Source: Raja brachyura
Taxonomy: Eukaryota
Assembly: GCA_963514005.1 (NCBI GenBank)
Contig: OY740808.1
Span: 12,648,001 to 12,712,000, forward strand
Direction: 5' to 3'
DNA length: 64,000 nt
In this document: positions 1 to 11,552 of the stretch, piece after piece
Layout: each line of letters opens with the position of its first letter
How positions within the stretch are numbered: the first letter of the stretch is position 1
Notes under the pieces: generated by a model
The model's input: the letters and a program-made list of their open reading frames with translations, nothing else
Told to the model about the DNA's origin: nothing
The model's database searches: none
Translations under genes and position numbers: made by a program

Positions 1-119
1 AGGATAGATGCAGATCAACTCTAGCATTGAAGTGCTGGGGGAGGGTTTGATTGTAAGGGGAAATATACGAGATGCTGCCTGACCAGCATTTTGTGTCTGC
101 TTTCGATTAATAAAAACAG

Positions 120-750
120 CATTGATGTACAGAGGAATTTTGGGAGCCAAGTCTATGTCTGAGTGGTGAGAACGCATATTTTATGTTTTCCTTCATTGGG
201 CAGGGCATTCAGGATAAGGATAGGCGCGTCATGATGCTACTTTTAGGACTTTTGTTAGGCTGCATTTTGTGTACTGCCATCATTTCCTGTCGCCCCAATA
301 CTAGATGGAAGTGGAGGCCTTGGGAAAGGCGCAGAGGATGTTTACCAGCATGATACCTGAATTAGGGGTATTAACTACGAGCGAGGTTGGACAGAATCGG
401 GTTTTTTTAATCTGTAACCGTTGACGATGAGGGGAGACCGGCTAGAAATATGTAAAATTATGAGAGTTATAGATAGGGCAGAGAATCATTACCATTTCCA
501 CCCAGAATGGAAATATCGTGGACGAGATGACATAGCTTTAAGGTGAGAGACGCATGGACATTTTATATACAGAGGTTGGTGAGGACCCGGAAGGCGTTGG
601 CGAGGGTGGTGGTGGCGGCACAAGCAACAGTGGCAATTGTAAGACTTCTGGATACGGATCATGAGCACGAAGATAAGATTTGGTTTTGGCATCATGTCGG
701 CAAAGACATGGAGTGCCGAAAGGCTTGTTCGTGTGCTGTGCTGTACTATG
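120..750 (+). mobile_element. Old decayed CR1 LINE 3' fragment
   Basis: Nucleotide similarity to the ORF2 C-terminus and 3' hairpin of other CR1 copies in the window. Confidence 0.7.
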
Positions 751-874
751 TTCAGCGCTTTGTGGATACTATAAACTTTAGTTGCACTCATCAATGAGGA
801 GAAATAACGTCTGCACCTTTCCTGCCAAGACCACTAAGAGTTTCATATATTACAGTGGCTGATATATTATATAC

Positions 875-990
875 TGTGGCGCACCTGGTAGAGCAGCTGC
901 CTCGACAGCGCCAGAGACCAGGGTTCGATCCTGAGCTCAGGTGCTGTCTGTGAGGAGTTTAAACATTCTCCACGTGTGTCGCGGGTTGCA
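875..990 (+). mobile_element. tRNA-derived V-SINE (HE1-like) 5' fragment
   Basis: A-box-like TGGCGCACCTGG, B-box GGTTCGATCC, then GGTGCTGTCTGTGAGGAGTTT as in the full copy at 18845-19178. Confidence 0.7.
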
Positions 991-1770
991 GTTCCTCGCA
1001 GCGTGCACTTATCCCGCTCATCAGCTCAGCAGGAACCAACCAAAAACTTCAGTACCTTTATTAGGCGAGGAAAGTAAAACTACGTGTGATACTCCATGTG
1101 TGCTAGCGCCCTATATAAAGGTAGAAAGACCATATTACTCTCACTCCCAACCAGCCCCACCCATTTAATTCCCAGATGAAATAGCTTGGAATTGCTAAGT
1201 GAATAGTATCAGCAAGGTCACATATAACGATTACTGTCTGTCCTCGAATGCGTTTCTACATGAGCGCGCCATTTTGTTCGTGTGTGCGCGTGTGCGCGAC
1301 TATATGAACCAATTTATAATCACACCAGTTTATAACATAACGTTCGGCGCCATTTATCACCGATTCTTCCATAAGGTAAAATAATGAAGGTTGATTAAAT
1401 ATATTTGATTTTCTCTGATCAGAAATGAAAATCCAACAAATGTATTGCTCATAAGATTGAATTATTGATTTTAGTCGAGAGTTGTATTTGAAAATGTTAA
1501 TAACGTGGGTAAGCAAAATAAAACTGAATGTAATCTTTAAACCACTGTATTTTAATTAATATTTGGGAATGCATCTAACAGATTGAATAACATTGGAGTT
1601 TCAATTCACAACGAGCTGCTTCGATGGAATGACGTTTGCAAACAGCGAGACAAAGGACAATTTTAAGGCAAATGCTAGTCGATAACAGAGAATATTTGTA
1701 TATCAATTTTTGACAAATGAAAGACGGAGAAAAACTATTTTTCAGCTTGATTAGTTGGAATCTATAAGTT

Positions 1771-2093
1771 TTACAGACAGCCGGACCTGGCGATGTTTCC
1801 GTGCACCGGGCTTGCCCGCGACTCGTGTTTAACCACACAGGAGTAAAGCTCGTGTGAGTTCCAGACTGTGACTGGCAGAGTCAGGTAACTGCTCGCACTG
1901 AACGTGTTGTCCGCCTCCTGTTGGATTGGGCTGGTTTCAACGCCATCACTTCTCGCACTGCCGTCCACAGTCCAGTCAATTTCCACAGCACCCGGATTAA
2001 ACCCGTTCACCAAACACACCAGGGTGGCGGTTCCCTTTCCCGTCATTTCATGCGTTGAAGGTCCAAGGACGGACACCGCGGGGGGCTGAGGTT
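1771..2093 (-). CDS. IGLC: IgL cluster 1, constant exon (lambda / type II-like)
   Basis: C1-set Ig domain ATLVCLVNGFNPG...WTVDG...SSYLTL...YSCVVKHE...RSGCL with penultimate Cys. TAG acceptor at 2096-2094. 323 nt, like C2 and C4. Confidence 0.96.
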
Positions 2094-2190
2094 CTACTTA
2101 AAATAAAGTCACAGATTAGTCGGGCTAGGAGAACTGCTTCGGTTGAAACATTAACTTTGTTAAAAAAATACAGTTGGTATAGCATGGATT

Positions 2191-2644
2191 CAGGGCTGGA
2201 TCAACCATTAAGCAAAATAAGCTCGTGCATCAAGGGAAGGGGGGCACCACAGAAATGGTAAATGGTTTACGGCACAAAATAATTCACTTTAAACTTGCGA
2301 CAATGATATTCGAAGTGGTTTATGCGATCGGAAATATAATTTCAACTATGCAACAAGGCAGGCTGGTTGCCTTATCTCTACTAAGTATAGAAGCAGATGT
2401 GTTACGTAAGATTCATTTTGAGGATTTGATCAAAGACTTTGCAATAAAAAAAAGTAGAAAACTTTTCAAATATAAATAAAGTGGAAGTATACAAAAATAA
2501 ACATTATTTTCCTTCTTACTGTTAGTTTTGTTTCATTTTGAAAAATAAAAAATATTTTATGGTTTATTATTGTTTTATTTTGAATTACATATATATATTG
2601 CACCAAAATCTTTTAAGTGCTTTATGGGTCTTAATCCGGCCCTG
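2191..2644 (+). mobile_element. Non-autonomous hAT DNA transposon derivative in the cluster 1 J-C intron
   Basis: TIRs CAGGGCTGGATCAA / TTAATCCGGCCCTG. Perfect 8-bp TSD CATGGATT (2183-2190, 2645-2652). Peptide STMQQGRLVALSLLSIE...IKDFAIKKSRK resembles the hAT C-terminal dimerisation domain. Empty site in clusters 2 and 3. Confidence 0.9.
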
Positions 2645-3887
2645 CATGGATTCATTCGTTCCAGTGAGATACCCCAAAAGTAACTGCTATTTATGGCAAT
2701 GGGACAGAATATACGCAATAGCGTAAAATATATTATTTCGGCAGTGTTTTTATTTGATCCCCAGTGTATTATTTCCATTGGCTTCAGCTACAATAAAAAA
2801 CCCCCAGTGTTTTACCCGACAGACAGTTGCGGGTTTTCATTGCAGCCAAAGTTCCACTAAACTCGCTTAAATCTTTAGTTTTCTTTAAATACATTCCCTT
2901 AATTCATCTGCTCATTTATTAAGTCCAAATACCGAAATGTTACTAATGGTTGGATTTTAGCGACAAGAATATTTTGCCGTTTTTGCCATCGATGAACAGA
3001 CTAGATTTGCAGCAACGTTACATTTACCGTTTTCTCACATTTTAAATAGTCGTTGGTATGATTTGCATGTAGGCTGAAACGTATATGTTTGTTATTTCTC
3101 GACCCGTCTCTACTCATTGAAGTAATAATTCAGCTCAGATTTCAGAAGTGGAATAGCGAATCTTATTCCTTTCGCTTAATGACACAACAACAAAATGCGT
3201 TATGAGATGTATGGAACAAAACTGATTTGAAGAATGGTCCCGAACCGAAACTTACCTATCCATGTTCACCAGTGACCCGCTGAGTCACTCCATAGCTTTA
3301 TGGCTTTTTTTTTTAAACCAGCATCCGCAGTTCCTTGTCCTACCAAAGTTATTTCCCGTTCACTTACGTTCTGTCTAATTCTTATCCAAGTTTGATCATT
3401 GTTAGCTCGCCGTCCGCAAAGTAATTAAGAATAATAAAACAGCTGGACAGCCGTTTCTTCCTATCATTGCTGTTGTCAACTAATTTGCCAAAAAAGACTC
3501 GATCGTGGCCGGGAATTTAAAAAAAAATCAGCTTTAAATACCTATTACTTTAGCTGTTTAGTGTAAAAAATTACAAACAGCCTGCCGAACATCTGGGCCC
3601 TTTGATAGAGCTACGTCTAATAATTTCTAATAAAGGAAACTCGACTTTGGTCGAACGCTGAACATATTAGCGTTAAACGCTTTTTCTTTGAACCATCGAT
3701 TAGCGACAAAAAAACAATTGCTTTTCACTGCTATATCATTTACCCAAAGATAGAACATGCAGAAAGGAAATGCAGCCCCATTCATTCCCTCCAGAGTTGC
3801 TGCCTATCCAGCTTGTTGTATCTGCCTGTCTCGCTGCATTACTCCAGCTTTTTGTGTCTACCCAAAGATAGAAGGTATTTTACTTAC

Positions 3888-4232
3888 TGCCAATACCCAG
3901 GCTCGTTCCTTTGCCGAAGATGAAAGCATCTTTCCACACAGCACAGTAGTAATCCGCTGCGTCCCCCAACTGCACGTTCGATATTGTCAATGTTGCAGTG
4001 TTGCCTGACACTGATCCGGAGAAACGTTCAGAAACTCCCGAGCCTCTGGAAATGCTGCTGCCCGAGTAATAGTAGAACAAATACCGCGGAACCGTTCCTG
4101 GAATCTGCTGGTACCAGGAAACGTCGCTGTTACCTAAACTGCCGCCAGACAGGGTACAGGCTATTTCCACGTTCTGTCCCAGAGATGTGGATTTTGAAGA
4201 CGGCTGATTCATTGCATATTGCGCATTTATAT
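3888..4232 (-). CDS. IGLV: IgL cluster 1, germline-joined VJ exon
   Basis: CAG acceptor at 4235-4233. IgV motifs C...WYQQ...RFSGS...DAADYYC run in frame into the J motif FGKGT. GTAAGT donor at 3887-3882. No RSS or intervening DNA. Confidence 0.96.
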
Positions 4233-4357
4233 CTGAAAAACAAACCAGAAAAAAGTAGAATATTAACTAATATTAGAGAAACAGCAGAAGTGTCATGGAT
4301 AGAAGGGTTTAATCGTACTCGAGATTGAATATTATGTCGGTTGAAGTAAATACTCAC

Positions 4358-4406
4358 AAGCTGCGGTAAACGCTAACGCATAGACTAGAGAGATCCAGCA
4401 AGACAT
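4358..4406 (-). CDS. IGLV: IgL cluster 1, leader exon (MSCWISLVYALAFTAA)
   Basis: ATG at 4406, 16 mostly hydrophobic codons + 1 nt, GTGAGT donor at 4357-4352. Same 49-nt length as leaders 2 and 4. Phase matches the VJ exon acceptor. Confidence 0.92.
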
Positions 4407-4463
4407 TGTAATTAATTGAGCGCAGAACGCCAGGTGAAGTGGCTTCTCAGTGTTCCTCCCGGG

Positions 4464-4553
4464 TCGCTTATGAAACGTATGACAGGGCGTCACCGCGAGT
4501 TCCTTATATATTCTTCAACAGTCAAATCAAAATGTGTGTTGCGCCAATCAGAA
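4464..4553 (-). promoter_or_regulatory. IgL cluster 1 promoter (TATA-like box, GGTGAC box, degenerate decamer, CCAAT box)
   Basis: Plus-strand TCGCTTATGAA 4464-4474, GTCACC 4489-4494, AGTCAAATCA 4520-4529, CGCCAATCAGAA 4542-4553. Same order upstream of all three leaders. Confidence 0.65.
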
Positions 4554-6140
4554 GTTGCCAGATTCGCCCTGTATCAAATTATATCCAAGGTAAATAAGGA
4601 TTTGGTGTCGAATATTTCGGTACTTTGTACCTCGGTACATTTTACTACAGACTCAGGCACATAAGATACTTTGTTTCGATTGAAAGGAGGTGTTGAATTA
4701 TTTATTTTCATTTATTCTGAATCTTTTGCTGTGCAATTGCGCGGCATGCGCCTTCAAAGAAATTAATCTAATAACCTCATCATAATTTCTGGCGAATGTT
4801 CATTCACTCTTCAAAAATGAAGGGATGCATTCCAAAAGGGGCTGAAGAATCCAATCTCATGGTCTCGCACAAATGTGCGCGTCATATACCTTCACCCTTT
4901 TAGTTGCACACTAACATTTTATTTGAAACTGGTAAATATTCTGGTGAAGATCGTGTGGAGGAAATCTTTCAAAACGCAACGTGAAGAAGCAATAGCCTGC
5001 AAAATTATTTACGAATTTGCAAATTTGGGTGTCAATGCACCGTCAAAACCGCTGCAATTCAGGAAAGCATGCTTGCTAGCAGCACACATGTTCACGGGCT
5101 TTGCACGGGCAATTTAATTGAGAAAAACAATTGAGAAGCATGTTTAATCGACCAAGGAGTTGCTGGCGAGCTTTATATATTAAAGACGTCGACGTCTGCA
5201 CGTGCTTGCGTTGCTATGATATTAATTCTGTCCAACTTCATCTGATATATGAAATTATATTTACATGCAACCAGGGTTGCCTTATACTTGATCTAATGTA
5301 CGGAGATTTTATATCGCAACCCAATCGCGCTAGTTGTCGCGGCAGCGCTCCTTTCGCTTTTTGGATTTTTCCTGCAGGGTATTAACACCAGGTGAATCAG
5401 TGCAACGGCTATGAACAAGAAAATACAGTAAAAAAAAGTCTACATATTCAAAATGTTGCCATTTGGACTAACGATTTCGTTGGTAATTAATCAAAGGAGA
5501 CCGGGCTGTTTTGCTGATTTGCCTGGACAGTTAATACTCGCATTTCATAAAAGTCGTCAGATCGATTACATGCAAAGTCAAGCAAAAGCAACAATGTCTC
5601 AAACATTGTTTCCGAAATTGTTCTGCTCCTCGGTACTTCGGAAATGCTATCTCTGTTGGAACAGGGGAATCATTCCTATGATACGTGGAATGATTATGCG
5701 TCATTTAACTGGCATTAACAATATTTTAGTTGGAATGATCACATTGAATATGTTTCAGTGCGCAACTATGACACCCATACCTAGCCTATTACCAATGTGC
5801 GTTGCCTTTGCTTTACATAAACTGGATACATTGAACAATTCCCCATGCAGGTAAAACAAAAAGCAAGTAGTTCAACTACATCCAGAAGAAAGTAATCCGC
5901 TCTCTGATTCGTTTCTCACACTAAATATTCATCCCCTGCCAAGTAACAATATATTGCCACGACTCTCTTGGTAATACGCAAAATGCATTATAATTATGCC
6001 TAGGACACCCGGCCAACACATCCGTGCCTAATCAGAATAAGAGCAAATGGTGTGCATAGGAGCACCTCTCTTGCTGGACAAGTCACAGCCGATGTTGAGT
6101 GCGAAATACATTGCTATGCTTTGCGATTGTTGGGCCCATT

Positions 6141-7794
6141 TAGAAACATAGACACATAGAAAATAGGTGCAGGAGTAGGCCATTCGGCCCTTCGAACCTG
6201 CACCGCCATTCAATATAATCATGGCTGATCATCCAACTCAGTATCCTTTAGCTGCCTTCTCTCCATACCCCCTGATCCCTTCAGCCACAAGGGCCACATC
6301 TAACTCCCTCTTAAGTATAGCCAATGAACTGGCCTCAACTACCTTCTGTGGCAGAGAATTCCAGAGACTCTCTGTGTGAAATATGTTTTCCTCGTCTCGG
6401 TCCTAAAGGAATTCCCCCTCATCCTTAGACTGTGATCCCTTGTTATGGACCTCCCTAACATCGGGAACAATATTCCTGCATCTAGACTATCCAACCCCTT
6501 AAGAATTTTGTACGTTTCTATAAGACCCCCCCTCAGTCTTCTAAATTCTAGCGAGTACAAGCCAAGTCTATCCAGTCTTCCCAAATATGAAAGTCCCGAC
6601 ATCCCAGGAATCAGTCTGGTGAACCTTCTCTGTACTCCCTCTATGGCAAGAATGTATTTTCTCACATTTGGAGACCAAAACTGTACACAATACTCCAGGT
6701 GTGGTCACACCAAAACCCTATACAAATGCAGTAGAACCTCCCTGCTCCTATACTCAAATCCTTTCGCTATGAATGTTAACATACCATTTGCTTTCTTCAC
6801 TGCCTGCTGCACCTGCATACCTACTTTCAATGATTGGTGTACCATGCCACCCAGGTGTCGTTGCATCTCCCCTTTACCTAATTTGCCACCATTAAGATTA
6901 TAGTCTACTCTCCTGTTTTTACCACCAAAGTGGATAACCTCACATTTATCCACATTATACTGCATCTGCCATGCATTTGCCCACTCACCCAGCCTATCCA
7001 AGTCACCTTGCATCCTCCTAGCATCCTCCTCACACCTAACACTCTCCCCCAGCTTAGTGTCATCGCAAACTTGGAGATGTTGCATTCAATTCCCTCGTCC
7101 AAATCATTAACATATATTGTAAATTGCTGGGGTCCCAGCACTGAGCCTTGCGGCACCCCACTAGTCACTGCCTGCCATTCTGAAAAGGACCCGTTTACTC
7201 CTACCCTTTGCTTCCTGTCTGCCAGCCAGTTCTCTATCCACATCAATACTGAGCCCCCAATACCGTGTGCTTTATGTTTGTATACTAATCTCTTATGTGG
7301 GACCTTGTCGAAAGCCTTCTGAAAGTCTAAATATAACACATCCACTGGTTCTCCCTTATCCACTCTGCTAGTTACATCCTCGAAAAAGTCTATAAGATTC
7401 GTCAGACATGATTTACCTTTCGTAAATCCATGCTGACTTTGTCCAATGATTTCACCACTTTCCAACTGTACTGTTATCCCGTCTTTAATAACTGGCTCTA
7501 GCAGTTTCCCCACTACTGATGTAAGACTAACTGGTCTGTAATTCCCCGTTTTCTCTCTCCCTACTTTTTAAAAAAGTGGGGTTACATTAGCTACCCTCCA
7601 ATCCTCAGGAACTACTCCAGAATCTAAGGAGTTTTGAAAAAATACCACTAATGCATCCACTATTTCTGTGGCTACTTCCTTGAGTAATCTGGAATGCAGA
7701 CTATTTGGCCCTGGGGATTTATCGGCCTTTAATCCATTCAATTTACCCAACACCACTTCCCGGCTAACCTGGATTTCACTCAGTTCCTATGGTA
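6141..7794 (-). mobile_element. CR1 LINE, ORF2 RT and C-terminus, runs into assembly gap
   Basis: [38 protein letters not shown] motifs. (TTTCTATG)n tail at 6141-6162. Confidence 0.95.
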
Positions 7795-7966
7795 NNNNNN
7801 NNNNNNNNNNNNNNNNNNNNNNNNNNNNNNNNNNNNNNNNNNNNNNNNNNNNNNNNNNNNNNNNNNNNNNNNNNNNNNNNNNNNNNNNNNNNNNNNNNNN
7901 NNNNNNNNNNNNNNNNNNNNNNNNNNNNNNNNNNNNNNNNNNNNNNNNNNNNNNNNNNNNNNNNNN
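7795..7966. other. Assembly gap
   Basis: N run. Confidence 1.
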
Positions 7967-8180
7967 GACAGTCTGAAAAGATTGACATTTGTAATGAAAT
8001 GTTGAACAGAACGAGGTTGTGACGTTCAAGGTGATGCGACTGTGAGATGCTGGAATATTCACTAAAACACACAATACTGGAGTAGATCGTCTCGTGAGGA
8101 CATTTCGGATCGCGAACCTTCTTTAGACTCTGGAAAAGGGTCCCCACCAAAAACATAACACAACCATGTCCTCCAAAGAT

Positions 8181-8667
8181 GAGAAGGGTGCCAAGAGAAA
8201 TGGTCTGTCTGATCAAGGATAAAGGATGTAACGGAATTGTTAAATGAGTGTGTTTTGCCAAGGAGAAAGTCATGGATGATGGTGAGATCAGTGTGGAGAA
8301 AGCAAATATGCTCGGGCACATATGCTGGGGCTTGAGATCGAAAAGAACGGCAGTGAGGCTCTTGGGGAACATTGAGTTGGATAGGTCCCTGCACCCATTG
8401 GTATCTATCCCAGTTGATTGAGGGAGACAAGACAGGTGATTCCAGGGGGTCTTTACAAGAATCATTCCTTCTTCTCTAGCCACAGGCGAGCACCAAGAGG
8501 ACTGGAAAATGACCAGTTCTTCCTTTGCTGATTGAAACGTAGAAAGAATCCAGGGAAATAGAGGCCGGTGCGGCTCACGACAGTGGTAGGAAACTATTGG
8601 TGATAATTCATTGAGATTTACTCCCATTTGAAGGAGAATGAGCTGGTTACGATAGGCATGGCTGTGT
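8181..8667 (+). mobile_element. Old CR1 ORF2 fragment (paralog at ~25145-25642)
   Basis: Decayed CR1 ORF2 sequence, collinear with the second duplication unit. Confidence 0.65.
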
Positions 8668-10440
8668 AATAGATAATAGACAATAGACAATAGGTGCAGG
8701 AGTATTCTTTACGGCCCTTCCAGCCAGCACGGACATTCATTGTGTTCATGGCTGATCATCCACAATCAGTACCCGTTCCTGCCTTCTCCCCATATCTCCT
8801 GACTCTGCTTTCATCAAGAGCTCTATCTAGCAATCTCCTGAAAGTTTCCAGGGAGCCGGCCTCCACCGCCCTCTGGGGAAGAACATTCCACAGACTCGGA
8901 ACTCTCTGTGTGAAAAAGTGTTTCCTCATCTCCGTTCTAAATAGCTTACCCGTTATTCTTAAACTGTGGCCCGTGGTTCTGGACTCCCCCAACATCGGGA
9001 ACATGTTTCCTGACTCTAGCGTGTCCAAACCCTTTATAATCTTATATTTTTCAATATGAACACCTCTAATCCTTCTAAATTCCAGAGTAGATGGAGAATG
9101 CCCAGCCGCTCCATTCTCTCAGCATATGACAGTCCCACCATCCCGCAAATGCCCTTCCTCAAATTTGGAGACCAACATTGCTCACAATCCTCCAGGTGTG
9201 GTCTCACTAGGGCCCTGTACAACTACAGAAGGAACTCCTATACTCAACTCCTCTTGTTATGAAGGCCAACATGCCGTTTGCTTTCTTCACTGCCTGATTT
9301 ACCTGCATGCTTCCTTTCATTGATTGATGAACAAGGATCCACAGATCCCAACTTGACACCATTTAGATAATAATCTTTCTTCCTGTTTTTGCTACCAATG
9401 TGGATAACTTCACGTTTATCCACATTAAACTGCATCTGCCATGCGTCTGCCCACTCACCCAACCTGTCCAAGTCACCCTGCATTCTCATAGCATCCACCT
9501 CACATTTAACACTACCACCTAGCTTTATGTCAACTGCAATTTGCAAATGTTACTTTCAATCCCTTCATCTAAATCATTTATATATATTATAAATAGCTGA
9601 ACCTTGCGGTACCCCACTAGTCACTTCCTGCCATTCTGAAAGGGATCCGCTAATCCATATTCTTTGTTTTCTGTCTGCCAACCAATTTTCTATCCATGTC
9701 AGCACTCTACCCACAATATCATGTGCCCTTATTTTACCCACTAATCTCCTGTGTGGGACCTTATCAAATGGTTTCTGAACGTCCAGGTACAGTACATCCA
9801 CTAGCTCTCTCTTGTCCATTTTCCACGTTGCACCCTCAAGAAACTCCAGACGATTATTCAAGCATGATTTCCCGTTCGTAAATCCATGCTCACTTGGACC
9901 GATCCTGTTTCTGCTATCCAAATGTGCTGCTATTTCATCTTGTATGAATGACTCCAGCATCTTCCCCACGATGTCAGGCTAACTGGTCTATAATTCCCTG
10001 TTTTCTCTCTCCCGCCTTTCTTAAAAAGTGGGATAACATTAAAGTGGGCTACCCTCCAATCCACAGGAAATGATCCTGAATCTATAGAACATTGGAAAAT
10101 GAACACCAATGCATCCACGATTTCTAGAGCCACCTCCTTAAGTACCCGGGGAGACCACCAGGTCTACCCAACACCATTTCCTATCAAATGTGGATTTCAT
10201 TCACTTCCTCCATCACTCCAGACCCTCTGGCTAATACATCAGAAAGATTGTTTGTGTCCTCCTTAGTGAACATGTATCCAAAGTACGTGTTCAACTCCAC
10301 TGCCATTTCCTTGTACCCCATAATAAATTCACCCTTTTCAGTCTTCAAGGGTTCAACTTTGGTCTTAACTATTTTTTTCCTCTTCACATATCTACAGAAG
10401 CTTTTACTATCCTCCTTTATATCCTAGGCTAGCTTACCTT
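8668..10440 (-). mobile_element. CR1 LINE, (CTATTGT)n-tail subfamily
   Basis: RT motifs in ORFs 9574-9969 and 9244-9546. Same 5' and 3' breakpoints as the paralog at 25643-27499. Confidence 0.92.
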
Positions 10441-10714
10441 GGCTAGGTCACAGGCCGTGTCTCAATACATCGGTTAGGTTTCTTGCAGATCCAACGAAGG
10501 AGATTGATGAAGGTAGGGTGTGGATGTTGTACACATGCACTTTAGTAAGAATTTTTCGTTTAGTTTAGTGCAGAGAAACAGCGCGGAAACTGGCACTTTG
10601 GCCCACCGCATCCGCTCGGACCAGTGATAACGTCATAAGGTCGTAAGGAATAATAGAATAAGGCCACTTGGCCCATCGTCAACTCCGCCATTCAATCATG
10701 GTTGATTTATCAGC

Positions 10715-11063
10715 TAGATGCAGGAAAAATGTTCCCAATGTTGGGCGAGTCCAGAACCAGGGGCCACAGTCTTTGAATAAAGGGGAGGTCATTTAAGACT
10801 TAGGTGAGAAAAGGCTTTTTCACCCAGAGATTTGTGAATTTATGGAATTCCCTGCCACAGAGGGCAATGGAGGCCAAGTCACTGGATGGATTTAAGAGTG
10901 AGTTAGATATATCTCTAAAGGCTAATGGAGTCAAGGGATATGGGGAGAAGGCAGGTACGGGTTATTGATAGGGGCTGATCAGCCATGACCACCAACAATG
11001 GCGGTGCTGGCTCGAACGGCCGAATGCCCCCCTCCTGCACCTATTTTCTATGTTTCTATGTTT
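10715..11063 (+). mobile_element. CR1 3' end fragment
   Basis: ORF2 C-terminus and (TTTCTATG)n tail. Absent from the paralogous position near 27745. Confidence 0.85.
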
Positions 11064-11552
11064 CGATGTCTCTCCCTCTTAACCCCATTGTTAGCTGGAT
11101 CGAGAGAGAGGAGGAATGCCTTGATGTTAGAGAAATCAACAGTCATTCCACTGGGCTGTCGGCGGCCCAAGTGAAATATGAGATGCTGTTCCTCCAAGTT
11201 CCATTCAGCCTCACTCTGACAATGGAGGAGACCTAGGTCAGAAAGATCAGTGTGGGAATGGGGGAGTAAAATAAAGATCAGGTATGTTCAGGCGGACTGA
11301 TTGAAGGAATTTAACGAAACGATAGCCCAGTCTACTTTTGGTGTCGCCGATGTATAAGAGTCAGCATCTTGAACAACGGATACAGTAGATGAGGTTGGAG
11401 GAAGTGCAAGTGAAACTTTGCCGAACCTGAAACCACTGTCATGGTCCCTGGTCAGAGAAGAGGGAGGGGGTTTGCGGACTGGTGTTGTATCTGCTGCGGT
11501 TGCCGGAGAAGGTACCCGGGGAGGGGGTGATTTGGATGGGTAGGGATGAGTG

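Noticed and set aside
3059-3068. Perfect decamer TGATTTGCAT in the cluster 1 J-C intron (and ATGCAAAT at 37510) as enhancers
   Set aside because: The paralogous sites in clusters 2 and 3 read ATTTACAT; isolated hits without conservation are not enough.
3942-3948. Cryptic RSS heptamer TACTGTG at the second Cys of VJ1 (and of VJ2 at ~19999)
   Set aside because: Forced by Tyr-Cys-Ala codons; no nonamer at 12 or 23 nt in VJ1; absent in VJ4; no unjoined donor V seen in the window.
4875-5854. Plus-strand ORFs upstream of cluster 1 with similar ORFs at 21186-21946
   Set aside because: Similarity reflects the duplicated 5' flank; frames are not preserved between copies and no domains are evident.
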